Part shown: piece after piece, positions 21,901 through 34,499 of the stretch | How the letters are laid out: every line of letters begins with the position of its first letter | How positions within the stretch are numbered: position 1 is the first letter of the stretch | Assembly (NCBI GenBank): GCA_964016885.1 | Contig: OZ024740.1 | Location: 6,572,001-6,636,000 of the forward strand | Length of the DNA stretch: 64,000 nt | Origin: Eledone cirrhosa | Lineage: Eukaryota | Direction: 5' to 3' | Position numbers and translations under genes: made by a program | The notes under the pieces: model-generated | The model's database searches: none | The model's input: the letters and a program-made list of their open reading frames with translations, nothing else | What the model was told of the DNA's origin: nothing

Positions 21901-24900
21901 TAGTATTGGTAGAGGGTCTGACACCATGTTAGGTGGTGGATTGGCAGTATAGGTAGAGGTTCTGACACAATGCTAGGGTGGCGGATTGGCAGTATTGGTA
22001 GAGGGTCTGACACCATGTTAGGGTGGTGGATTGGTAGTATAGGTAGAGGGTCTGACACCATTGTAGGGTGGTGGATTGGCAATATTGGTAGAGATCTGAC
22101 ACCATGTTAGGGTGGTGGATTGGCAGTATTGGTAGAGGGTCTGATACCATGTTAGGGTGGTGGATTGGCAGTATTGGTAGAGGGTCTGAGACCATTGTAG
22201 GGTGGTGGATTGGCAGTATTGTTAGAGGTTCTGGCACCATGTTAGGTGGTGGATTGGCAGTATTGGTAGAGGGTCTGACACCATGTTAGGGTGGTGGATT
22301 GGCAGTATTGGTAGAGGGTCTGACACCATGGTAGGGGGTGGATTGGTAGTATAGGTAGAGGGTCTGACACAATGCTAGGGTGGCGGATTGGCAGTATTGG
22401 TAGAGGGTCTGACACCATGTTAGGGTGGTGGATTGGCAGTATTGGTAGAGGGTCTGATACCATGTTAGGGTGGTGGATTGGCAGTATTGGTAGAGGGTCT
22501 GACACCATGTTAGGGTAGCGGATTGGCAGTATTGGTAGAGGGTCTGACACCATGTTACGGTGGTGGATTGGCAGTATTGGTAGAGGATCTGATATCATGT
22601 TAGGGTGGTTGATTGGTAGTATAGGTAGAGGGTCTGACACCATGGTAGGGTGGCAGATTGGCAGTATTGGTAGAGGGTCTGACACAATGTTAGGGTGGTG
22701 GATTGGCAGTATTGGTAGAGGGTCTGACATCATGTTAGGGTGGTGGATTGGTAGTATAGGTAGAGGTTTTGACACCATTGTAGGGTGGTGGATTGGCAAT
22801 ATTGGTAGAGGGTCTCACACCATGTTAGGGTGGCGGATTGGCAATATTGGTAGAGGTTCTGACACCATGGTAGGTGGTGGATTGGCAGTGTTTATAGAGG
22901 GTCTGACACCATGGTAGGCTGGTGGATTGGTAGTATTGGTAGAGGGTCTGACACCATGTTAGGGTGGTGGAGTGGTAGTATAGGCAGAGGGTCTGACACC
23001 ATCTTAGGTGGTGGATTGGTAGTATTGGTAGATCGTCTGACACCATGTTAGGGTGGTGGATTGGTAGTATATGTAGAGCGTCTGAGACCATCTTAGGTGT
23101 TGGATTGGTAGTATTGGTAGAGGGTCTGACACCATCTTAGGTGGTGGATTGACAGTATTGGTAGAGGGTCTGACACAATGCTAGGGTGGTGGATTGGCAG
23201 TATTGTTAGAGGGGCTAACACCATGTTAGGTGGTGGATTGGCAGTATTTGTAGAGGGCCTGACACAATGCTAGGGTTGTGGATTGGCAGTATTGGTAGAG
23301 GGGCTGACACCATGTTAGGTAGTGGATTGGTAGTATTGGTAGAGGGTCTGACACCATGGTAGGTGGTGGATTGGTAGTATTGGTAGAGGGTCTGACACCA
23401 TGTTAGGTGGTGTATTGGTAGTATTGGTAGAGGGTCTGACACCATGTTAGGGTGGTGGATTGGCAGTATTGGTAGAGGGTCTGATACCATGTCAGGGTGG
23501 TGGATTGGTAGTATAGGTAGAGGGTCTGACACCATTGTAGGGTGGTGGATTGGCAATATTGTTAGAGATCTGACACCATGTTAGGTGGTGGATTGGTAGT
23601 ATTGGTAGAGGGTCTGACACCATGTTAGGGTGGATGATTGGCAGTATTGGTAGAGGGTCTGACACCATGGTAGGGTGGTGGATTGGCAGTATTGTTAGAG
23701 GTTCTGGCACCATGTTAGGTGGTGGATTGGCAGTATTGGTAGAGGGTCAGACGCCATGGGTGGTGGATTGGAAGTATTGGTAGAGGGTCTAACACCATGT
23801 TAGGGTGGTGGATGGTAGTATAGGTAGAGGGTCTGACACCATGTTAGGTGGTGGATTGGCAGTATTTGTAGAGGGCCTGATACAATGCTAGGGTGGTGGA
23901 TTGGCAGTATTGGTAGAGGGTCTGACACCATGTTAGGTGGTGGATTAGCAGTATTGGTAGATGGTCAGACGCCATGGGTGGTGGATTGGCAGCATTGGTA
24001 GAGGGTCTGACACCATGTTAGGGTGGTGGATTGGTAGTATTGGTAGAGGGTCTGACACCATGGTAGGGGGTGGATTGGTAGTATAGGTAGAGGGTCTGAC
24101 ACAATGCTAGGGTGGCGGATTGGCAGTATTGGTAGAGGGTCTGACACCATGTTAGGGTGGTGGATTGGCAGTATTGGTAGAGGGTCTGATACCATGTTAG
24201 GGTGGTGGATTGGCAGTATTGGTAGAGGGTCTGACACCATGTTAGGGTGGCGGATTGGCAGTATTGGTAGAGGGTCTGACACCATGTTACGGTGGTGGAT
24301 TGGCAGTATTGGTAGAGGGTCTGATATCATGTTAGGGTGGTTGATTGGTAGTATAGGTAGAGGGTCTGACACCATGGTAGGGTGGCAGATTGGCAGTATT
24401 GGTAGAGGGTCTGACACAATGTTAGGGTGGTGGATTGGCAGTATTGGTAGAGGGTCTGACATCATGTTAGGGTGGTGGATTGGTAGTATAGGTAGAGGTT
24501 TTGACACCATTGTAGGGTGGTGGATTGGCAATATTGGTAGAGGGTCTCACACCATGTTAGGGTGGCGGATTGGCAATATTGGTAGAGGTTCTGACACCAT
24601 GGTAGGTGGTGGATTGGCAGTGTTTATAGAGGGTCTGACACCATGGTAGGCTGGTGGATTGGTAGTATTGGTAGAGGGTCTGACACCATGTTAGGGTGGT
24701 GGAGTGGTAGTATAGGCAGAGGGTCTGACACCATCTTAGGTGGTGGATTGGTAGTATTGGTAGATCGTCTGACACCATGTTAGGGTGGTGGATTGGTAGT
24801 ATAGGTAGAGGGTCTGAGACCATCTTAGGTGTTGGATTGGTAGTATTGGTAGAGGGTCTGACACCATCTTAGGTGGTGGATTGACAGTATTGGTAGAGGG

Positions 24901-25639
24901 TCTGACACAATGCTAGGGTGGTGGATTGGCAGTATTGTTAGAGGGGCTAACACCATGTTAGGTCGTGGATTGGCAGTATTTGTAGAGGGCCTGACACAAT
25001 GCTAGGGTTGTGGATTGGCAGTATTGGTAGAGGGGCTGACACCATTTTAGGTGGTGGATTGGCAGTATTGGTAGAGGGTCAGACGCCATGGGTGGTGGAT
25101 TGGCATTATTGGTAGAGGGTCTGACACCATGTTAGGGTGGTGGATTGGCAGTATAGGTAGAGGGTCTGACACCATGTTGGGGTGGTGGATTGGTAGTATT
25201 GGTAGAGGGTCTGACACCATGTTAGGTGGTGGATTGGCAGTATAGGTAGAGGGTCTGACACAATGCTAGGGTGGCGGATTGGCAGTATTGGTAGAGGGTC
25301 TGACACCATGTTAGGTGGTGGATTGGCAGTATTGGTAGAGGGTCTGACACCATGTTAGGGTGGTGGATTGGCAGTATTGGTAGCGGGTCTGACACCATGT
25401 TAGAGTGGTGGATTAGTTGTATAGGTAGAGGGTCTGACACCATGGTAGGGTGGTGGATTGGCAGTATAGGTAGAGGGTCTGACACCATGTTAGGGTGGCG
25501 GATTGGCAGTATTGGTAGAGGGTCTGACACCATGCTAGGGTGGTGGATTGGCAGTATTGGTAGAGGGTCTGACACCATGTTAGGGTGGTGGATTGGCAGT
25601 ATTGGTAGAGGGTCTGCCACCATGCTAGGGTGGTGGATT

Positions 25640-27653
25640 GGCAGTATTGGTAGAGGGTCTGACACCATGTTAGGGTGGTGGATTGGCAGTATTGGTAGAG
25701 GGTCTGACATCATGCTAGGTGGTGGATTGTTAGTATTGGTAGAGGGTCTGACACCATGTTAGGTGGTGGATTGGCAGTATAGGTAGAGGTTCTGACACAA
25801 TGCTAGGGTGGCCGATTGGCAGTATTGGTAGAGGGTCTGACACCATGTTAGGGTGGTGGATTGGCAGTATTGGTAGCGGGTCTGACACCATGTTAGGATG
25901 GCGGATTGGCAGTATTGGTAGAGGGTCTGACACCATGTTAGGGTGGTGGATTGGCAGTATTGGTAGAGGGTCTGATACCATGTTAGGTTGGTGGATTGGT
26001 AGTATAGGTAGAGGGTCTGACACCATTGTAGGGTGGTGGATTGGCAATATTGGTAGAGACCTGACACCATGTTAGGTGGTGGATTGGTAGTATTGGTAGT
26101 GGGTCTGACACCATGTTAGGGTGGAGGATTGGCAGTATTGGTAGAGGGTCTGACACCATGGTAGGGTGGTGGATTGGCAGTAGTGTTAGAGGTTCTGGCA
26201 CCATGTTAGGTGGTGGATTGGCAGTATTGGTAGAGGGTCAGACGTCATGGGTGGTGGATTGGAAGTATTGGTAGAGGGTCTAACACCATGTTAGGGTGGT
26301 GGATGGTAGTATAGGTAGAGGGTCTGACACCATGTTAGGTGGTGGATTGGCAGTATTGGTAGAGGGCCTGACACAATGCTAGGGTGGTGGATTGGCAGTA
26401 TTGGTAGAGGGTCTGACACCATGTTAGGTGGTGGATTAGCAGTATTGGTAGATGATCAGACGCCATGGGTGGTGGATTGGCAGCATTGGTAGAGGGTCTG
26501 ACACCATGTTAGGGTGGTGGATTGGTAATATTGGTAGAGGGTCTGACACCATGGTAGGGGGTGGATTGGTAGTATAGGTAGAGGGTCTGACACAATGCTA
26601 GGGTGGCGGATTGGCAGTATTGGTAGAGGGTCTGACACCATGTTAGGGTGGTGGATTGGCAGTATTGGTAGAGGGTCTGACATCATGCTAGGTGGTGGAT
26701 TGTTAGTATTGGTAGAGGGTCTGACACCATGTTAGGTGGTGGATTGGCAGTATAGGTAGAGGTTCTGACACAATGCTAGGGTGGCCGATTGGCAGTATTG
26801 GTAGAGGGTCTGACACCATGTTAGGGTGGTGGATTGGCAGTATTGGTAGCGGGTCTGACACCATGTTAGGATGGCGGATTGGCAGTATTGGTAGAGGGTC
26901 TGACACCATGTTAGGGTGGTGGATTGGCAGTATTGGTAGAGGGTCTGATACCATGTTAGGTTGGTGGATTGGTAGTATAGGTAGAGGGTCTGACACCATT
27001 GTAGGGTGGTGGATTGGCAATATTGGTAGAGACCTGACACCATGTTAGGTGGTGGATTGGTAGTATTGGTAGAGGGTCTGACACCATGTTAGGGTGGAGG
27101 ATTGGCAGTATTGGTAGAGGGTCTGACACCATGGTAGGGTGGTGGATTGGCAGTATTGTTAGAGGTTCTGGCACCATGTTAGGTGGTGGATTGGCAGTAT
27201 TGGTAGAGGGTCAGACGTCATGGGTGGTGGATTGGAAGTATTGGTAGAGGGTCTAACACCATGTTAGGGTGGTGGATGGTAGTATAGGTAGAGGGTCTGA
27301 CACCATGTTAGGTGGTGGATTGGCAGTATTGGTAGAGGGCCTGACACAATGCTAGGGTGGTGGATTGGCAGTATTGGTAGAGGGTCTGACACCATGTTAG
27401 GTGGTGGATTAGCAGTATTGGTAGATGATCAGACGCCATGGGTGGTGGATTGGCAGCATTGGTAGAGGGTCTGACACCATGTTAGGGTGGTGGATTGGTA
27501 ATATTGGTAGAGGGTCTGACACCATGGTAGGGGGTGGATTGGTAGTATAGGTAGAGGGTCTGACACAATGCTAGGGTGGCGGATTGGCAGTATTGGTAGA
27601 GGGTCTGACACCATGTTAGGGTGGTGGATTGGCAGTATTGGTAGAGGGTCTGA
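25640..27653 (+). repeat. 973-bp (22-monomer) tandem duplication
   Basis: ORFs 25730/26703, 25800/26773 and 25983/26956 are offset by 973. Private markers GGCCGATT, AGAGACCTG, CAGACGTCAT, GATGATCAGAC and GGTAATATTGG each occur twice. Confidence 0.9.
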
Positions 27654-30600
27654 TACCATGTTAGGGTGGTGGATTGGCAGTATTGGTAGAGGGTCTGACA
27701 CCATGTTAGGGTGGCTGATTGGCAGTATTGGTAGAGGGTCTGACACCATGTTACGGTGGTGGATTGGCAGTATTGGTAGAGGGTCTGATATCATGTTAGG
27801 GTGGTTGATTGGTAGTATAGGTAGAGGGTCTGACACCATGGTAGGGTGGCAGATTGGCAGTATTGGTAGAGGGTCTGACACAATGTTAGGGTGGTGGATT
27901 GGCAGTATTGGTAGAGGGTCTGACATCATGTTAGGGTGGTGGATTGGTAGTATAGGTAGAGGTTTTGACACCATTGTAGGGTGGTGGATTGGCAATATTG
28001 GTAGAGGGTCTCACACCATGTTAGGGTGGCGGATTGGCAATATTGGTAGAGGTTCTGACACCATGGTAGGTGGTGGATTGGCAGTTCTTATAGAGGGTCT
28101 GACACCATGGTAGGCTGGTGGATTGGTAGTATTGGTAGAGGGTCTGACACCATGTTAGGGTGGTGGAGTGGTAGTATAGGCAGAGGGTCTGACACCATCT
28201 TAGGTGGTGGATTGGTAGTATTGGTAGATCGTCTGACACCATGTTAGGGTGGTGGATTGGTAGTATAGGTAGAGGGTCTGAGACCATCTTAGGTGTTGGA
28301 TTGGTAGTATTGGTAGAGGGTCTGACACCATCTTAGGTGGTGGATTGGCAGTATTGGTAGAGGGTCTGACACAATGCTAGGGTGGTGGATTGGCAGTATT
28401 GTTAGAGGGGCTAACACCATGTTAGGTGGTGGATTGGCAGTATTTGTAGAGGGTCTGACACAATGCTAGGGTTGTGGATTGGCAGTATTGGTAGAGGGGC
28501 TGACACCATTTTAGGTGGTGGATTGGCAGTATTGGTAGAGGGTCAGACGCCATGGGTGGTGGATTGGCATTATTGGTAGAGGGTCTGACACCATGTTAGG
28601 GTGGTGGATTGGCAGTATAGGTAGAGGGTCTGACACCATGTTAGGGTGGTGGATTGGTAGTATAGGTAGAGGGTCTGACACAATGCTAGGGTGGCGGATT
28701 GGCAGTATTGGTAGAGGGTCTGACACCATGTTAGGTGGTGGATTGGCAGTATGGGTAGAGGGTCTGACACCATGTTAGGGTGGTGGATTGGCAGTATTGG
28801 TAGCGGGTCTGACACCATGTTAGAGTGGTGGATTAGTAGTATAGGTAGAGGGTCTGCCACCATGGTAGGGTGGTGGATTGGCAGTATAGGTAGAGGGTCT
28901 GACACCATGTTAGGGTGGCGGATTGGCAGTATTGGTAGAGGGTCTGACACCATGCTAGGGTGGTGGATTGGCAGTATTGGTAGAGGGTCTGACACCATGT
29001 TAGGGTGGTGGATTGGCAGTATTGGTAGAGGGTCTGCCACCATGCTAGGGTGGTGGATTGGCAGTATTGGTAGAGGGTCTGACACCATGTTAGGGTGGTG
29101 GATTGGCAGTATTGGTAGAGGGTCTGACATCATGCTAGGTGGTGGATTGTTAGTATTGGTAGAGGGTCTGACACCATGTTAGGTGGTGGATTGGCAGTAT
29201 AGGTAGAGGTTCTGACACAATGCTAGGGTGGCGGATTGGCAGTATTGGTAGAGGGTCTGACACCATGTTAGGGTGGTGGATTGGCAGTATTGGTAGAGGG
29301 TCTGACACCATGTTAGGGTGGCGGATTGGCAGTATTGGTAGAGGGTCTGACACCATGTTAGGGTGGTGGATTGGCAGTATTGGTAAAGGGTCTGATACCA
29401 TGTTAGGGTGGTGGATTGGTAGTATAGGTAGAGGGTCTGACACCATTGTAGGGTGGTGGATTGGCAATATTGGTAGAGGGTCTGACACCATGGTAGGGTG
29501 GTGGATCGGCAGTATTGTTAGAGGTTCTGGCACCATGTTAGGTGGTGGATTGGTAGTATTGGTAGAGGGTCTGACACCATGTTAGGGTGGAGGATTGGCA
29601 GTATTGGTAGAGGGTCTGACACCATGGTAGGGTGGTGGATTGGCAGTATTGTTAGAGGTTCTGGCACCATGTTAGGTGGTGGATTGGCAGTATTGGTAGA
29701 GGGTCAGACGCCATGGGTGGTGGATTGGAAGTATTGGTAGAGGGTCTAACACCATGTTAGGGTGGTGGATGGTAGCATAGGTAGAGGGTCTGACACCATG
29801 TTAGGTGGTGGATTGGCAGTATTGGTAGAGGGCCTGACACAATGCTAGGGTGGTGGATTGGCAGTATTGGTAGAGGGTCTGACACCATGTTAGGTGGTGG
29901 ATTAGCAGTATTGGTAGATGGTCAGACGCCATGGGTGGTGGATTGGCAGCATTGGTAGAGGGTCTGACACCATGTTAGGGTGGTGGATTGGTAGTATTGG
30001 TAGAGGGTCTGACACCATGGTAGGGGGTGGATTGGTAGTATAGGTAGAGGGTCTGACAAAATGCTAGGGTGGCGGATTGGCAGTATTGGTAGAGGGTCTG
30101 ACACCATGTTAGGGTGGTGGATTGGCAGTATTGGTAGAGGGTCTGATACCATGTTAGGGTGGTGGATTGGCAGTATTGGTAGAGGGTCTGACACCATGTT
30201 AGGGTGGCGGATTGGCAGTATTGGTAGAGGGTCTGACACCATGTTACGGTGGTGGATTGGCAGTATTGGTAGAGGGTCTGATATCATGTTAGGGTGGTTG
30301 ATTGGTAGTATAGGTAGAGGGTCTGACACCATGGTAGGGTGGCAGATTGGCAGTATTGGTAGAGGGTCTGACACAATGTTAGGGTGGTGGATTGGCAGTA
30401 TTGGTAGAGGGTCTGACATCATGTTAGGGTGGTGGATTGGTAGTATAGGTAGAGGTTTTGACAACATTGTAGGGTGGCGGATTGGCAATATTGGTAGAGG
30501 TTCTGACACCATGGTAGGTGGTGGATTGGCAGTGTTTATAGAGGGTCTGACACCATGGTAGGCTGGTGGATTGGTAGTATTGGTAGAGGGTCTGACACCA

Positions 30601-33600
30601 TGTTAGGGTGGTGGAGTGGTAGTATAGGCAGAGGGTCTGACACCATCTTAGGTGGTGGATTGGTAGTATTGGTAGATCGTCTGACACCATGTTAGGGTGG
30701 TGGATTGGTAGTATAGGTAGAGGGTCTGAGACCATCTTAGGTGTTGGATTGGTAGTATTGGTAGAGGGTCTGACACCATCTTAGGTGGTGGATTGGCAGT
30801 ATTGGTAGAGGGTCTGACACAATGCTAGGGTGGTGGATTGGCAGTATTGTTAGAGGGGCTAACACCATGTTAGGTGGTGGATTGGCAGTATTTGTAGAGG
30901 GTCTGACACAATGCTAGGGTTGCGGATTGGCAGTATTGGTAGAGGGGCTGACACCATTTTAGGTGGTGGATTGGCAGTATTGGTAGAGGGTCAGACGCCA
31001 TGGGTGGTGGATTGGCATTATTGGTAGAGGGTCTGACACCATGTTAGGGTGGTGGATTGGCAGTATAGGTAGAGGGTCTGACACCATGTTAGGGTGGTGG
31101 ATTGGTAGTATAGGTAGAGGGTCTGACACAATGCTAGGGTGGCGGATTGGCAGTATTGGTAGAGGGTCTGACACCATGTTAGGGTGGTGGATTTGCAGTG
31201 TTGGTAGAGGGTCTGACACCATTTTAGGGTGGTGGATTGGCAGTATTGGTAGAGGGTCTGACACCATGTTAGGGTGGTGGATTGGCAGTATTGGTAGAGG
31301 GTCTGACACCATGTTAGGTGGTGGATTGGTAGTATTGGTAGAGGGTCTGACACCATGGTAGGGTGGTGGATTGGCAGTATAGGTAGAGGGTCTGACACCA
31401 TGTTAGGGTGGTGGATTGGCAGTATAGGTAGAGGGTCTGACACCATGTTAGGGTGGTGGATTGGCAGTATTGGTAGAGGGTCTGATACCATGCTAGGTGG
31501 TGGATTCTTAGTATTGGTAGAGGGTCTGACACCATGTTAGGTGGTGGATTGGCAGTATAGGTAGAGGGTCTGACACCATGTTAGGGTGGCGGATTGGCAG
31601 TATTGGTAGAGGGACTGACACCATGTTAGGGTGGCGGGTTGGCAGTATTGGTAGAGGGTCTGACACCATTTTAGGGTGGTGGATTGGCAGTATTGGTAGA
31701 GGGTCTGATACCATGTTAGGGTGGTGGATTGGTAGTATAGGTAGTGGGTCTGACACGATTGTAGGGTGGTGGATTGGCAATATTGGTAGAGATCTGACAC
31801 CATGTTAGGTGGTGGATTGGTAGTATTGGTAGAGGGTCTGACACCATGGTAGGTGGTGGATTGGTAGTATTGGTAGAGGGTCTGACACCATGTTAGGTGG
31901 TGGATTGGTAGTATTGGTAGAGGGTCTGACACCATGTTAGGGTGGAGGATTGGCAGTATTGGTAGAGGGTCTGACACCATGGTAGAGTGGTGGATTGGCA
32001 GTATTGTTAGAGGGTCAGACGCCGTGGGTGGTGGATTGGCAGTATTGGTAGAGGGTCTGACACCATGTTAGGGTGGTGGATTGGTAGTATTGGTAGAGGG
32101 TCTGACACCATGGTAGGGGGTGGATTGGTAGTATAGGTAGAGGGTCTGACACAATGCAATGGTGGCGGATTGGCAGTATTGGTAGAGGGTCTGACACCAT
32201 TTTAGGGTGGCAGATTTGCAGTATTAGTAGAGGGTTTGACACCATGTTAGGGTGGTGGATTGGCAGTATTGGTAGAGGGTCTGATACCATGTTAGGGTGG
32301 TGGATTGGCAGTATTGGTAGAGGGTCTGACACCATGTTATGGTGGCGGATTGGCAGTATTGGTAGAGGGTCTGACACCATGTTAGGGTGGTGGATTGGTA
32401 GTATTGGTAGAGGGTCTGACATCATGTTAGGGTGGTGGATTGGTAGTATAGGTAGAGGGTCTGACACCATGGTAGGGTGGTGGATTGGCATTATTGGTAG
32501 AGGGTCTGAGACCATGTTAGGTGGTGGATTGGTAGTATTAATAGAGGGTCTGACACCATGTTAGGTGGTGGATTGGTAGTATTGGTAGAGGGTCTGACAC
32601 CATGGTAGGTGGTGGATTGGTAGTATTGGTAGAGGGTCTGACACCATGTTAGGTGGTGTATTGGTAGTATTGGTAGAGGGTCTGACACCATGTTAGGGTG
32701 GTGGATTGGCAGTATTGGTAGAGGGTCTGATACCATGTTAGGGTGGTGGATTGGCAGTATTGGTAAAGGGTCTGACACCATTGTAGGGTGGTGGATTGGC
32801 AATATTGGTAGAGATCTGACACCATGTTAGGTGGTGGATTGGTAGTATTGGTAGAGGGTCTGACACCATGTTAGGGTGGAGGATTGGCAGTATTGGTAGA
32901 GGGTCTGACACCATGGTAGGGTGGTGGATTGGCAGTATTGTTAGAGGTTCTGGCACCATGTTAGGTGGTGGATTGGCAGTATTGGTAGAGGGTCAGACGC
33001 CATGGGTGGTGGATTGGAAGTATTGGTAGAGGGTCTAACACCATGTTAGGGTGGTGGATGGTAGTATAGGTAGAGGGTCTGACACCATGTTAGGTGGTGG
33101 ATTGGCAGTATTGGTAGAGGGTCTGACACCATGTTAGGTGGTGGATTGGCAGTATTGGTAGAGGGTCTGACACCATGTTAGGTGGTGGATTGGCAGCATT
33201 GGTAGAGGGTCTGACACCGTGTTAGGGTGGTGGATTGGTAGTATTGGTAGAGGGTCTGACACCATGGTAGGGGGTGGATTGGTAGTATAGGTAGAGGGTC
33301 TGACACAATGCTAGGGTGGCGGTTTTGCAGTATTGGTAGAGGGTCTGACACCATGTTAGGGTGGTGGATTGGCAGTATTGGTAGAGGGTCTGATACCATG
33401 TTAGGGTGGTGGATTGGCAGTATTGGTAGAGGGTCTGACACCATGTTAGGGTGGCGGATTGGCAGTATTGGTAGAGGGTCTGACACCATGTTACGGTGGT
33501 GGATTGGCAGTATTGGTAGAGGGTCTGATATCATGTTAGGGTGGTTGATTGGTAGTATAGGTAGAGGGTCTGACACCATGGTAGGGTGGCAGATTGGCAG

Positions 33601-34499
33601 TATTGGTAGAGGGTCTGACACAATGTTAGGGTGGTGGATTGGCAGTATTGGTAGAGGGTCTGACATCATGTTAGGGTGGTGGATTGGTAGTATAGGTAGA
33701 GGTTTTGACACCATTGTAGGGTGGTGGATTGGCAATATTGGTAGAGGGTCTCACACCATGTTAGGGTGGCGGATTGGCAATATTGGTAGAGGTTCTGACA
33801 CCATGGCAGGTGGTGGATTGGCAGTGTTTATAGAGGGTCTGACACCATGGTAGGCTGGTGGATTGGTAGTATTGGTAGAGGGTCTGACACCATGTTAGGG
33901 TGGTGGAGTGGTAGTATAGGCAAGGGTCTGACACCATCTTAGGTGGTGGATTGGTAGTATTGGTAGATCGTCTGACACCATGTTAGGGTGGTGGATTGGT
34001 ACTATAGGTAGAGGGTCTGACACAATGCTAGGGTGGTGGATTGGCAGTATTGTTAGAGGGGCTAACACCATGTTAGGTGGTGGATTGGCAGTATTTGTAG
34101 AGGGTCTGACACAATGCTAGGGTTGTGGATTGGCAGTATTGGTAGAGGGGCTGACACCATTTTAGGTGGTGGATTGGCAGTATTGGTAGAGGGTCAGACG
34201 CCATGGTTGGTGGATTGGCATTATTGGTAGAGGGTCTGACACCATGTTAGGGTGGTGGATTGGCAGTATAGGTAGAGGGTCTGACACCATGTTAGGGTGG
34301 TGGATTGGTAGTATAGGTAGAGGGTCTGACACAATGCTAGGGTGGCGGATTGGCAGTATTGGTAGAGGGTCTGACACCATGTTAGGATGGTGGATTTGCA
34401 GTATTGGTAGAGGGTCTGACATCATGTTAGGGTGGTGGATTGGCAGTATTGGTAGAGGGTCTGACACCATGTTAGGTGGTGGATTGGCAGTATTGGTAG

